NCBI RefSeq assembly: GCF_006345805.1
Contig: NC_043021.1
Location: forward strand, 18,166,001-18,230,000
Source: Octopus sinensis
Taxonomy: Eukaryota
Direction of reading: 5' to 3'
DNA length: 64,000 nucleotides
The notes beneath the pieces are model-generated. The model saw only the letters and a program-made list of their open reading frames with translations. It did not search any database and had not been told where the DNA came from. The translations under genes were made by a program, and so were the position numbers. Shown one piece after another: positions 36,109-49,620 of the stretch. Numbering within the stretch: position 1 is the stretch's first letter; each line of letters begins with the position of its first letter.

Positions 36109-38264
36109 GATAGCTGTCTAAAGTTCAACTGGTTTTGGTCTCCTCTTCCAAGGCTGGATCACAATAAAGGCCAAACTAAATATCCACCTATCAAAAGCTG
36201 GTTGTTTTGCATACTCAGTCCATCAAGTATATCTCATCTCCTCTCATCTGTATGCTTTTGGTGTTGGAACCATTGCTGTAAAGATTGAAGACACCAAGAG
36301 CAATTCTGTTCAGATTAGAATCTGAGTGAGCTGGATTTGCATGTGTGAATAGCATCATTGTTATAGTGTTGGACATATTGAACATTAATGTGGTCAGTAT
36401 CATACAAGAGAGGTAGGAGGCAGTAATGAAAGCAGGCATTAACTAGGATAATAACAAGTGTACATGAGTCAGCTGATTTTAGAGGTCAGTGAAGGACCAG
36501 ATGAAGATGTAGTGAGATCTGATTTGGACCAGACCTCCAGGTGGAGAAAAACTGGGCAGTGGTTGTGAGTAATTTGGACAGTTTGGACAATAATGATAAA
36601 AACCATTTATTTTCTTTAAAACACAAGAGTGATAAATAAAGGGAATTACCAGAATAATTATAGGGGTTTTATGCAGATCATAAAAAAGGAAGTGCAGTGG
36701 AAAGCAAAAATATACAAAAAGTATGAAATGAAATATCCCAAAAGGACACAGAGCTTCATAGAGTCATTCAAAGAACTCCATGGATCTAGGGATACTTTGA
36801 TTATCAAGGGGACATATCAACTTTTATCTATTTTTTCTGGCTTAGAGGTACATACTAAGTCTCAGCCTGTTCCAGTGGACCATACTCACCAATCTCACTA
36901 CCCTCAGTTTGAATATGCTTTGGTAAATTCTCTGAAGAACAGTCAGTACTTCTCTTCCTACCATCACTTTCCTTTCTAAATGAAACTTGAAAAAGTTGAT
37001 GAGGACCTGGCCATAAAAGAAGATGTCTCTCTTCAATCCTTTCAATCTTAATAATAATAATAATAATAATAAAATTCCAGACAAAATTCTATAGATTCTG
37101 CTAATTTAATAAAACTCTTTCCTAGCAGTTAAAGAACACACAAAAGAGATATACTTACAAGGGGGAAAAATCTAATAAATTTCAAAAGATATTTTTCTTG
37201 TTGCTGCTTTATTTGTTTGTTTGTTATAGTTGTTATGTTTTCTTCGACTCTGATCATAAGCAACAGAGGTTGGTGCCAATTATTTGAAATAGGTAAATAA
37301 ATTGGTAATAAAGAAATAATAAAAAATCTTGTTAAAGACTGATATAAATCATGTATGTTTGTGTAGATTTGTGTGCGCGGCGTGTGTGTTTAATGTAGAA
37401 TTAAGCATGGGATGTGAGTTAAACTTTTGAGAGCTGACTGTGAAATAATCTATAACATGTGGTGAGGAAGGTAGGGAGGTGGTCTCTGTAGAAAAGGGAG
37501 TGTCTCCAACACTTGTATTGATTATCACAGCTTTTCTCTTCTATTGAAATATAACTGTCTCTATTGCAATTAAATATCTATCTCCTCCATTTTAATTAAT
37601 GATAAAGATTTCTAAGTTTAGTACAAAAGGTGGCATCATTTCTTCCAGTTCTTCACTAATTCTTATTTTATTGACCTCATGAAAGATGATCTTAGTAGGA
37701 TTTGAGTTTCAGAATTCTACCAGTCAACCTGTCTGACACTTACCACCCTGCTGGTTATTGCAATGATTTCTGCCATTGGCACGATGTCACAGAAATGTGG
37801 CGGATGAGTATAGTCAATTGAATCAACTTCCAGTATATTACTAGTAGTTTTTTTTCTATCAATTCTGGAAAACAGACCCTTTCAAAATTTGAATGTAGAA
37901 TGTAAATAGATAATTCTGCTCCCACATGCTGGATGGTGCTGCTGCTTTTCACACAAGCATCCGAGATTGTATTTAGGAAAAAAAAAAAAAGCATTAAATG
38001 AGACATCCCACAAGGGGCACAGCCACCCAAAGCCAGTCAAGAAACCTCACAGATCTAGGATTACTTTGACTATCATGGGCATATATCATCTTTTGCTTGT
38101 GTTTTTCTGGCTTAGAGATGCATGGGCCATTTCCATGGGCCATTCTCACCATTCTCACTGCCCTTAAATATGCTTTTGATAAATTCTCTAAGGGACAGTA
38201 CTTCCTTTTCTAGTATCACCTTCTTTTATTCCACCTGATTAACAAAAGTCACTGGCCAACACAT

Positions 38265-38560
38265 TCCAACTTTTGACCCATAGATGCGCTGTGTCTTTCT
38301 CTCTGGCTTTTATTACTGTTAACTCTAGTGACCTCTTCTCCTTGGACCTAACTGATCTTGTACCACCTCCACTAAAGTGCCTCTTCCACTCAGAATTCAC
38401 TTGTCTCTCCTTCTCTTGCCACCTATATTATGTCCACACCCTCAGGTGTCATAGTAATTGCTAGGACCATTCTTTCTTCCTCTGAACATCATTTGTAGAA
38501 TCTCCTCCACCTTACCATTGTTTTTCCTACAATTTTATGACTCATCAACATGCTGATCAA
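38265..38560 (+). mobile_element. Possible CR1-group LINE 3' remnant
   Basis: LTHRCAVS...LTDLVPPPLK...YVHTLRC...HSFF resembles CR1 C-terminal motifs; heavily degenerate. Confidence 0.45.
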
Positions 38561-38655
38561 GAATGTTCTCCCCAGTGAAGGTTTTCTCCAGGTCACACCA
38601 TTAAAACAAATACAAATATATATTTTAAAAACTCCAGTTGAATACTATAAAGGTT

Positions 38656-38897
38656 TTGGCCTCCGTGCCAGTGGCACGTAAAAAGCACCATCCGATCGTG
38701 GCTGTTTGCCAGCCTCGTCTGGCACGTAAAAAGCACCCACTACACTCATGGAGTGGTTGGCGTTAGGAAGAGCATCCAGCTGTAGAAACACTGCCAGATC
38801 AGACTGGGCCTGGCGCAGCCTTCTGGCTTCCCAGACCCCAGTTGAACCGTCCAACCCATGCTAGAAAGGAAAACGGACGTTAAACGATGATGATGAT
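38656..38897 (+). mobile_element. Family D retroposon
   Basis: Same body and (ATG)n tail as 17398-17687. Confidence 0.85.
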
Positions 38898-38964
38898 TGT
38901 ATAGTTTGTGGCAGTGTACCCCTCCTCCCCTTCTGCCACCTCTTCCTCCTCATCATTGTCATTG

Positions 38965-39338
38965 TCATCATGTTGTATTTGACATTTGTTGACATGGTGA
39001 AAACCTCTGACAGGGTCTATTGCTCCATCATTTGGTGGTTGATATTGGAAACTAAGGGTAGATGAATGGCTACTGAGCACCATCCAAGCCATGTGCAGGA
39101 ATGCTGTGAGTTGAAAGTCAACAATGGGTATAGTAATGAATTTAGTGTGTAGGTAGGAGTGCTCTAAGGCTTGGTTTTCAGGCCCCTCTTGTTTATCGTA
39201 GACCTTCAGGCCATAACAGAGGAATTTAAAAACTAAGTTGCCCATGATATTGTTCTTATAGTTGAATCTATAGTAGAATTAGAGAAGAAATTTTAGATGT
39301 GGAAGCAAGGACTAGAATCAAAGGGCCTTAAAGTTAAT
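38965..39338 (+). mobile_element. Degenerate RTE reverse-transcriptase fragment
   Basis: FVDMVKTSDRV...VDEWLL..IQAM...VGVL*G...PLLFI..LQAITEEFKT...WKQGLESKGLKVN; the YADD segment is deleted. Confidence 0.8.
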
Positions 39339-39754
39339 TTGCAAGCAACTTGTTGATTGAGATCTTTGGCATACGGATTATCAAGGTATGGTATATTTAT
39401 GTATCTAATATAGAAGACAGAAAAGTGTTGCAGCATTGCTTACAAGCATTGAATGCTGTAAAGTATTTAGCTTTTTAAAGTGGGAACATGTCTGTTGGAA
39501 ACTGTATGACTTTTTTTTTTAAAGTAGGAACATGAAAGAAACTTTGAAAAGTGGCAAAGAGAAGTTAAGAATTTGGTTTGAGTGCTTTTTAGTTTCATTT
39601 GTAAATTCTGGTATTTCTACCTTACACACTCATACAGAGTTTTTGGTTCCACCCATTTACATAAATATTTAAGTCTGAGCAACAGAAGCATCAATCTCAC
39701 TTTGTTTGTGCAGGTCAGCAAAGGTCATTGGGGCTGCTGCCTTACCCTGTTTAA

Positions 39755-39975
39755 ACCTTTAGTGTTTGCATTATTCTGCCAAAATTAATCCTTTTTTATC
39801 CACATTGTTTTGAACTAATCATGCATTATGTTGTAGCTTTGAGATTTTGATGAGGTAACTGTTAACTTTTAAAATGATATTGTAGGGTTGGTGTGAGAGA
39901 CCAGATCTGGTCAGTTTGAACATAAAACAGGCAGAGTACTTTTAGCCGGATATGGCCGGTTTAAAAGCTAAAGGG
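39755..39975. mobile_element. piggyBac-type MITE
   Basis: TTAA at 39751-39754 and 39976-39979; ends GCTAAAGGG. Confidence 0.85.
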
Positions 39976-40215
39976 TTAAGAGAGAGAAACAGCAAAGCAG
40001 ATAGCATATTTATGTTAGTAAGAATGAGAACATCACTTTCAGTTGTATTGAGTCAAAGCTTTAGTCAGATGTAAATGCAATAATGGAGATGTACTTGCAT
40101 AGCAAGTGATTTGATCTGAGATCGTGTGCTGGAATGAAAACAATTGCAGCATGGAAGGTGTTTGTAAGCCATTTAAGAAACACACAAAAGCTGTTCGATT
40201 CACTTCAACATTTAG

Positions 40216-40436
40216 CCCTTTAGTGTTCGCATTATTCTGCCAAAATTAATGCCTTTTCATCCACATTGTTTTGAACTAATCATGCATTATCTTGTAGCTA
40301 TGAGATTCTGATGAGGTAGCTGTTAATTTTTAAAACGATATTGTAGGGTTGGTGTGAGAGACCAGATCTGGCCAGTTTGAACATAAAACAGACAGAATAC
40401 TTTTGGCCGGATATGGCCGGTTTGAATGCTAAAGGG
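40216..40436. mobile_element. piggyBac-type MITE inserted at a TTAA in family F
   Basis: TTAG|CCCTTTAG...GCTAAAGGG|TTAA; removing it restores CAACATTTAAGTTTAATTTG as seen at 27010. Confidence 0.88.
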
Positions 40437-40446
40437 TTAAGTTTAA

Positions 40447-40497
40447 TTTGTCAAAATATTTTCGTAGCTTTAAGACCGCGACCTGTTCACCGACAAA
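40447..40497 (-). ncRNA. Second hammerhead-like motif in family F (one stem II mismatch)
   Basis: UUUGUCG-GUGAACA-G-GUCGC(GGUCUUAAA)GCUAC-GAA-AAUAUU-U-UGACAAA. The plus-strand copy at 40508-40551 has a perfect stem II but lacks the 5' strand of stem I. Confidence 0.45.
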
Positions 40498-41574
40498 AAT
40501 CCGTGCTGTGAACAGGTCGCGGTCTTAAAGCGACGAAAATATTTTGACAAATTAAACTTAAATGTTGAAGTGAATCGAACGGCTTTTTGTGTGTTTCTTA
40601 AATGGCTTACAAACACCTTCCACGCTGCAATTGTGAATGCGATAATGTTTATAGTTGTAAACTGTATTTAATAGATGCTGATCTCTGGCCCCTTAAGTTA
40701 CAATGGTTAACAACTCCTTTCTAAAGATATCCACCTGTAATATTATAACAAGCAGGTAAGCAGGTGAGTGGCAGTAGGTTAAGCTATATTGATTAGTTGC
40801 CCCCATCCCAGTGTGTTTACTGCCTTCAGCAGTACATTTGACATAAAACACTTCTTTATGGAAAGTTTGGGTTTCTGCTCGTTATTGGACAAGTTGTATG
40901 TACTTTGGGTGTGTTGGAATGTACTTGTATGAGATTGTGTCAAAATATTTGTGCATGCAATGCACGCACGAACTAATGCACGACCACACACGAACTAATG
41001 CACACACACAGAGGTATACACACATGCGCACACATATATATATAACTGAGTGTAGTTAGCTAATGTCAACCACACAAAACCTTTAAGTATGAAGAAATAA
41101 TCCAGTTTACTGCCATGAAATTATGTTTGTATTTATGTAAGTCTATATGTAAGTGTATTTATATATATATATATATATATATATACATGCACATACATTC
41201 ATATGTATATATAATATTTTGTGAGTAATACATAAATTTAATATCTAGATACATGTGTGTGCTTGTGTGTAAATAATTATATTTAAAAAAGAAAAAAGGA
41301 CAATATGAAAAAGCCAGCAATATGTTTCCATTAACTTCATTGGTTTATTTGCAGCATTATGGTGCCATTCTTGGGAATTTACAAAATAATCTCCTCAAAG
41401 ACAGAACATTTGTCGAGCAGTTTTTATTTTAAGCTCTCTCAGCCAAATCAATAATATTTCCTGGCTTTCTTTATTGGATTTCTTTTAACACGAAATTGAA
41501 TGCAAAAGATTGCGTCCCTATCGGAATATCTGACAAAAGTTCTGCTGCTTAGCTGATTTATAAGATGTTGGCGT

Positions 41575-41870
41575 GGTTGTGGTGGTGGTGGTGGTGGTTG
41601 TAGTGGTTATTGTTGGTAGTGGTTGTAGTGGTTGATGCTGTAGTTACTGTAGTGGTTATTGCTGTTGTGATGTTGTTGTTGGTGGTGGTGGTTGTTGTAA
41701 TGTTGTTTGATGTTGTTGCTGCTGTGGTGGTTGATGTTGTTTGATGTTGTGGTGGCTGTGATATTTGATGTTGTTGTGGTTGATGTTGTCGCTGTTGTGA
41801 TGGTGGTTAATGTTGTAGTTTCTATCATTACTGAGGTGGTTGGTGTGTTAGTTGTTGTGGTTGCCACAGT
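41575..41870. repeat. Degenerate (GTT/GGT)n low-complexity tract
   Basis: Direct reading. Confidence 0.85.
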
Positions 41871-42644
41871 TGAAGGAGAAGGAGAAATGAAAATTTAGAT
41901 ATTTTATTTTATTTTTTTCGACATGACTTAGTAAGAAGAGAAAGGACAACATCCATGGATCTTTGAGGCTAAGTGAATTGGGAAACAGGGAGAAAGAGAT
42001 CTTAGATTCCTGGGTGTATTCCGTAGGAAGCAGTACATGAAGGCATTGACTTATCATTGGTCTATTTTGCTACAGATGCTCGAAGCAAAATTGATTCTAT
42101 AAAAGATAGTCATATTCCAGGTGGAGCATACGAAAGTGAGCAATAGACTAGATTTATCATCAAACAACAGGTGCAGTCTTTTAGATTGGCTTCCTAACAG
42201 TTTCCATCTACTAGATTTCAATCACAAAATTTGAGCCAACCTCCTGAAGCTATGGGAGAAGGTAATCATTTAAGGTGCTGTGCCTTGAGGAATTACTGGT
42301 ATAGAATGCAGAATAACATAAAGCAAGCATCTTTATTACAGAGCCATGCCACAAAGGAATCCTGGAGATTGGTAGAATGCATTCTTTTCAACAATGGTCT
42401 TACAACTGGTGCCATGCAATCTGTAAGTTATTCATTGGATATGCCCTCCACAGTAGTGTACAAGGTATGGCAGTCTTCCATGTGGTCTGATATGCAGTGA
42501 GTGTTAGTGTGCTATGTATAGAGGTGTGTCGTGAACGCTGGTGTGCCAGAAACAGCAGTGTGCCATCAAATGTGTCACAAAAACTGACAGAACATAACAC
42601 GAAAAGCTGAACATATTTGAAGCTGATGTTGTGCAGGCAGGTGG

Positions 42645-43003
42645 TTGTTGTTTAATTCCCCACCCCCCACTGTAGTCAGCCCTTATCCAGTAAACCTATC
42701 ATCAAAGACATTCCAGTTGTGACCATCATGTCTTGTTGTTGTTTAATTCTCCACCCCCACTGTAGTCAGCCCTTATCCAGTAAACCTATCATCAAAGACA
42801 TTCCAGTTGTGACCATCATGTCTTGTTGTTGTTTAATTCTCCACCCCCACTGTAGTCAGCCCTTATCCAGTAAACCTATCATCAAAGACATTCCAGTTGT
42901 GACCATCATGTCTTGTTGTTGTTTAATTCTCCACCCCCACTGTAGTCAGCCCTTATCCAGTAAACCTATCATCAAAGACATTCCAGTTGTGACCATCATG
43001 TCT
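42645..43003. repeat. 90-bp tandem repeat x4, derived from the 3' end of a family E element
   Basis: TGTAGTCAGC recurs at 42671, 42761, 42851 and 42941; the rest of the element continues at 43004-43102. Confidence 0.93.
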
Positions 43004-43634
43004 TTTTTGGGGAGTATGTAAGACCACATCCTCACTTAAAGCATGGGTTGATGGACATTTGGCTGCTATCTCTAGCGAATCAAGTGACCATATAGAGACT
43101 CCCCTCATTGATTTCATCCCTTGTAGATATGAATAGAGAAAATAACTGGGGCTGTTCTAAAGGAAATAAGGTTGTCATATAATGTTTTATTGGTCCTGCT
43201 GTCAACTGGTGAGTGTTTTTGAAGTTGATACAGGTGTGCAGCTGATTACACAAACACACACACACAATCACACACACATAGATGTATGCAGAGAGAGAGG
43301 AGGAAGGTTGCTTGGGTAAGAGATAGAAAGGGACATAGGCCAAGGGACAGATGGATAAGTCAGATAGACAGAGAAGTGGATTGATAGACAGATGGGGTGG
43401 GGGGTTCCTTTTTTGTAAGTGCATAAGCTTGAGAGGAGTTTAAGAATAAATACATATCACTCACTCTATAGGAAGATACATGGTCAGATACTGTTTCTTC
43501 ATTACACACACACACACACACACGCTCCTCTTCACCACCACCACCTCTTCTGCTGCTGCTGCTGCTGTTTGTACCTGAATTCAATTGCTGGCAACAAAAT
43601 ATTCCACTCCCCTTGTTATCTTGATCTATTTAGT

Positions 43635-43868
43635 CTGTTTCAATCTTTATTAATCACACACACACACACACTAACACACACACGCACACACACACACACA
43701 CATATCCAGGCACGCACATTTCAAGATTGGCTGACGCGTGTGCACACAACATGCTGCTCTCACACGTGCAAAGTGTCGCACTTCTAACACACTTGTGCAG
43801 TGTCGTGCACATGAACATACAGGGTGCATTATTACTCCTAAAGCACATACCGCACACGTACATGTGTC

Positions 43869-43907
<39 letters not shown>

Positions 43908-44550
43908 CACATACATACATACGCATATGTGTGCATACTAACAGAACCACATGTGTACACACACATGTATGCATACAAAAGACACACACACACACACAAC
44001 CACATGTTCACAGAGAAACATTCACACATACACAGTTGGCATAGCTTGTCACATGTTCATGTAAAAACAACACACACACACACACATGCACACAGTCTTA
44101 AGGTAACTTGCTAGGTCGCACACACGTACACATAACTGAACATTTATGCCATAACACTCACACACACACTCAGGGTTCCTTATGTTTATTAAATCTCACT
44201 GCTACGTACACAGGGTAGTTATGTCCACCCAGCCATTCGCATAGTCACCCAGATTGATGTACAGCTGTCACACACACACACAATGTCACTGGACACAGAC
44301 AAACATATTTTACATAAACACATCACAAAGTTGTCTAAATACACACCATCACATCCACACACATTCTTACATACACACATACTCTGCTATCACATGCGCA
44401 ATACTGTCCTATATATACACATACACACACACACACACACACACTTGTACTTGGTAGTTGAAACAAGGGCTATGGCCCGAGTACTCTTTTCTTGACCCCA
44501 TGCATGCATTAACACACACACACTCACATTCACACACACACACACACCAC
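43635..44550. repeat. Degenerate (CA)-rich low-complexity domain
   Basis: Direct reading. Confidence 0.85.
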
Positions 44551-44879
44551 ACACACAGTTAACAACGGACTGTCTTCATAGTCATCCAATATGCTAGAAA
44601 TAGCAACCAAATCTTTCTCAATTCATATGCTAACGTCTAAAATAAAGGAAGGACAACAGATAGTGACACACCCCTAAAAAAAGATTTGTCACAGCTAGAA
44701 TCTCTTTGACCAGAGGCATACTGGATCAGAGTCAACCTGGGGTTAAACAACACCAATGTAGAGGAGAGATCAGTGGTAATTTCTTTCCAGAAGTGACCAC
44801 CGCACATTTCACATTGTCATCACTTCATTAGATCTCATTGTTTCTAATATCTCCATTTGTTCTCCTTTCATCAGACATT

Positions 44880-46674
44880 TTTGCTTTATACCTTACCCCC
44901 CTCCCCCTCCATCCTCCCTCCCTCCTCGTCGTGTATTCCCCTCCCTCGCTGTTACAGTCTCTCTCTCTCTCTTTATCTTCCTTGTTCTCTCCCTCCCTCC
45001 CTCCCTCCTTCCTTTCCCTTCTCCTCCCCTACTTGTTCTCTCTCTCTCTCTTTCTATTATATAACCTTACCAGTCACCACACCTCCCTACTCATTGCATC
45101 ACTTCTCTCTCTCTCTCTGTCCCCCTCTCTCTCTCTCTGTTCCTCTACTCTCTCTCTCTGTTCCTCTACTCTCTCTCTCTGTTCCTCTACTCTCTCTCTC
45201 TCTCCCTCTTTCTCTCAAATGTTTTTACTTTTCATTTATCCTTGATCCTCGTTTTATACATTCCACACACACACTTGCAAGCAAGCATGTGCACTCACAC
45301 ACACACACACAGACACACACACGCACACACACACACTACCACCACCACCGCCACCCTTGTTTCGTTGTCACAATGGTGATCGACCCTTCATTTCTTGTGC
45401 TTTCTTCATTCTGATTTCTGTCATATTTTTGTATCAGTCTTCTTTTTTATTTTTCTGTTATAATCTCTACTACCATCACACTTTCTATAAACCACCAGCG
45501 CCGTTCTTTTAGCAACGACCACCACCATCACCATCATCACCACCAACACTGCCATACTCATACAAACGTTATCAGCATCATCATCATCATCAACACTCTC
45601 CTCCCCCTTCTACGACCATCACCATCACCGTCATCATTATTATTGTAAGTATTGATCACTGTCAAGAGAGCAATGTCGTAGCTGTCAGTGATCGGTTGGT
45701 GATGGTGGAGAGAGAGAGGAAGAGGCCACCGTTGGCCTTCTCCACATATTGACTATACTATCTCTCTCTCTCTTTTCCTCCTCCTTCACCCCTTACTCTC
45801 TCATGTAGACGTACAATCTCATCAGCTCTTTCTCTCCCTTACCTCTCGTATCCCTATTTATCCTTTCCCTCCTACATTTTCTTTTACATTTTCCCCCTCC
45901 CATCCCTGCCTTTCACTTCTTGCTCTCTCCCTCCCTCCCTCTTTCTCTCTCTCTCTCTGGTACTTCCCCTCCCGCCATCTCTCACACCCCTTCCTCCCTT
46001 CTTACTGCAACCTTTCACTGCCGTAACTTATTGATCATCTACATCTCCTTTCCGCCCTCCCTCTCTCTCTCTTTCTCTCTCTCCCTCTCTCTCTCTCCTT
46101 CCTACCCTCACATTGTCTCTCTATCTGCTTCACTCTCATTCTACCTACTTCTCTGTTCTTTTCACTCTCATCCCTCTCACCTTTCCCTCCTCACACCCCT
46201 ACTCCTTTTTACTCATTCCTTCTCACCTTCTTCCTTACTCTTTCTTAAAACTTCCATTTTCCTCCCTCCTCCCACCCCCCTTACTACCTACAAACCTTTC
46301 TCTTTTTCCTTCTTCAGATTCTCTTTTCTCTTCTTTTTCTAATCCTCCTCCTCTCCTCTCCCTTTCCTACTTCTCCTTTTTTTCCTTATTCTCTTCCCTC
46401 TCTTTCCCACTTTTTCCTTTTCCCCACTTACTCTCCCCACTCCTTTCATCCCTCCCTGTTTCCATTCTCTCTCTTCCTCTCACCTTATCCCCGCCTCTGT
46501 ATATCTCTCTTCCTATCACCAGTCTATCTATCTATCTATCCATCTATCTATCTATCTATCCATCTATCTATCCATCTATCTATCTATCTATCTATCCATC
46601 CATCTCTCTATCTCTCTATCTATCTCTCTATCTATCTATCTATCTACCTACCTCTCTATCTATCTACCTACCTC

Positions 46675-46727
<53 letters not shown>

Positions 46728-48961
46728 ATTATTATTATTATATTATATTATCTAATCTACTCCACTTTCATCTGCTTCTTTCAAATATTGCCATCTTTAT
46801 AAATATTTCTCATTTCTGTCTTTTCTGACATTTCTCTTCATAGTTTCACTTCCACTGTGTGTGTCTCCTTACCTCCTACCACTTCACCTCATTACTATAC
46901 CATCTCTCTCTCTATCTTTTAGTCTATTTTCTTTTACCTATTCTTATTTATCAGCCCCCCCCCCCCACCATCACTGTCTTCCTCTAATGGTTACTTCTGT
47001 GCAATCCCTCACCAGTCCATGCACACGTGTGCACATATCCACCTGAACAAATACACCTGTACAGAAACACACACACACACACTGATCCATCATTTTATCC
47101 ACAGAAACTCGTATACAGATCCAACTTTTATCCACACATATATACCAATATAAAGACACCCCCCCCCCGGCATCATACTCACACAGGGATTCATGACATT
47201 ATCCTTTACATATTCATTCAGATTCTTCATCTTATCATTGTGTGTGTCTGTGTGTGTGGTGCACCTTTCACTGAGTTTTCACGCTCAGGCGTCCCTGAGT
47301 TAATTGTGAAGTGGTTCTGATGAATTTGATTCGAGAGGTCACTTCTGGTTTATCTTTGATAGATGGGGTACTGTGGGGGGGGGGGGGGGTAAATTGGCAG
47401 AGGGGGAAGAAGGAAAGCGTGTGCAACATTAGTTAGCTGGGGGTATTGGGGTAGATTAATGATGGGGAAACAAGGGAAATTTGTATGACATTGCCTAACT
47501 GGGGGGTACTCAGGAAGATTGTTCGGGTAGCAAGAAGGCATATTTGTAAAACATTGGCTAGCTGGGATAAAGTGGTAGATTGTAATAAAGGAGATTTGTG
47601 CAAGATTGGGTAGCTGGGGTGTACATGGGTACATTGGGTGGGGTGGGAAAATGTAAGATTTGTATAACATTGGTGAGTTGAGGAAGTGGGGTAGATTAAC
47701 AGAGTGGAAGAAAGGAGTCTGTGTTATATTGGCTAACTGGGGTACTGCAGTTGATTGGAGGGGTGGGTAAGGTGGAAAATTTGTGTAATATTGAGTAACT
47801 GGAGTACTTAGTGGGGTAGATTGGTAGGGAAAAAGGTTTGTAAAAATAACATTGGGTTAACCAAGGAACTGGGGTAGATTCTTGTGAGGAAGGTTTTTGT
47901 AACATATGTCTTTCTACTTTACCTGGTTAATCCATTTCCCTTTCTCACCTTCACTTTTTTCTTCTCTGCATCACTTCCTTTTTCCCCCTCTTCCTCATCC
48001 TCTCACTCCACCTAACTCTCTCTCTCCTTCTCTCTCTCTCTTCCCCCCACACTCCTTTCTTTATATAGATATCTCTCACACTATTCCCCCTACCTCTTAC
48101 TCTTCCTCCTGTTGTTCTGCTTGGCTTGTTCCATTTTTCTACCATTAATCATCTATTTCCATTCTCTTCTCCATTTCAACTATTCCTCTCCCTCCCCACC
48201 ATTTCTTCTCACATATTTCTATCACATCTACCTTTCTCTCCCCCCCTCTCTCTCTCTCTCTCTCCTGCCACTATCCTTTCCCCATTTTTATCCTCTTCCT
48301 GCTCCTCTCACTATTTTCTTGTTTAACTTTCTCTTGTCTACTTTCCCCCTCTTCCTATCTCTCTCTCTCTTTCATATCTCTCTCTCCTCTCTGCCTGCCT
48401 CTCTCTTTCTCTTTTATTGTCGTCTCCTTCCTCTTTTATCTCATCTTCCCCTCATTCTCTTCTCTTTCATAATGATGATAATGATCATCATCATCATCAT
48501 CATCATCATCAACCTCTCCCTCTCTCTTGTCTTCTCACTACCGTTCCTAACTTCTATCCTCTTTCTGTTCCTCCATCACTACCCCTCCCCTCACCCCCCC
48601 CCCCGCAACCTTTTTATCAATCCCTTTTCTAACACAGACAAACAGACAGACATGTTTATTCCGTAACTATCTTCTTCTGCTTATCTTCCATTTTACTCCT
48701 CCATAATTTTCACTAGACTTCTTTCTTTTAACAACATTTTTCCTCCATTTCCTCTCAATTGCATTCGACTATCCTCTCACCACCACCACCACTCCTCCTT
48801 CTCTCCCTGCCTCCCTCCCCCTCTCTCTCCACCTCTTACTAATTCTCTGTCTCCCAGTCCACTCCACCATCACCACCACCACCACCTTCACCATTACCAC
48901 TGCTATTTCTAGACTGCTTTATTTAATCAAAATCCTTCCCTCCACAATTGAACGGTGTCAA

Positions 48962-49026
<65 letters not shown>

Positions 49027-49061
49027 CATTATTATAATCTCTAATGTTGCTGATGTTATAT

Positions 49062-49092
<31 letters not shown>

Positions 49093-49620
49093 TACCATGG
49101 AAATGAATCATTACATTCTCCACACCCTGTCTCTCATCCCTCAAATACATACAAATCCACCCTCCCCCCTTCCCAACACCCCACCCCACCTTATCCATCA
49201 CACCGTTCCCCCCACCACCATCTCTTTTAATTATATTTGTCTCCTTTATCTCTCATCTGCCCTCACTTTCTCTCCCTATTGCCCCCCTCCCCACCCCTCA
49301 GTTTTCTTTATCAATATTTTCCACCCTCCTCACATCTACCCCTCCCCTCCAATGCTACAATGCTGTTCACAAATGGAACCAGTGAACCAAAATTCTTCAC
49401 CACCAGCATTGCACCACCCCTCACCCCCTGGTGTCCCTTACTTTTCATCCACCCCTTCACACCCAACGTAAAAGCAGAAACTAGGTACATCCCCCCCATC
49501 ACCCTCTTCCCCTCCCCTTCTGTCTGTTCCGGCTACCTTTTCCTTCCTCTCAACACCCTCCTCTTCCTCCACCTCCTCTCACTCGCATATTACCACCACC
49601 CGAACTACAGCCGTCATTTG
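44880..49620. repeat. Long pyrimidine-rich (CT) domain including (TCTA)n at 46525-46727 and (CT)n runs
   Basis: Strong strand bias; interrupted by a G-rich block at about 47360-47905. Confidence 0.85.

Larger units (their letters stand above)
40086..40635. mobile_element. Family F head-to-head inverted element, copy 2, interrupted by a piggyBac MITE
   Basis: Arms 40140-40490 (minus the MITE) and 40508-40634 are near-perfect reverse complements around a 17-nt loop. 12-bp direct repeat AATGC(A/G)ATAATG at 40074-40085 and 40636-40647. Confidence 0.75.

Noticed and set aside
42040-42620. Possible mariner transposase remnant on the minus strand
   Set aside because: Only vague motif resemblance (IPQG, LLFDD) across many stops, and no TIRs were found.
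44838-48666. Leu/Ser/Pro-rich long ORFs
   Set aside because: CT-rich low-complexity DNA lacks stop codons by composition.
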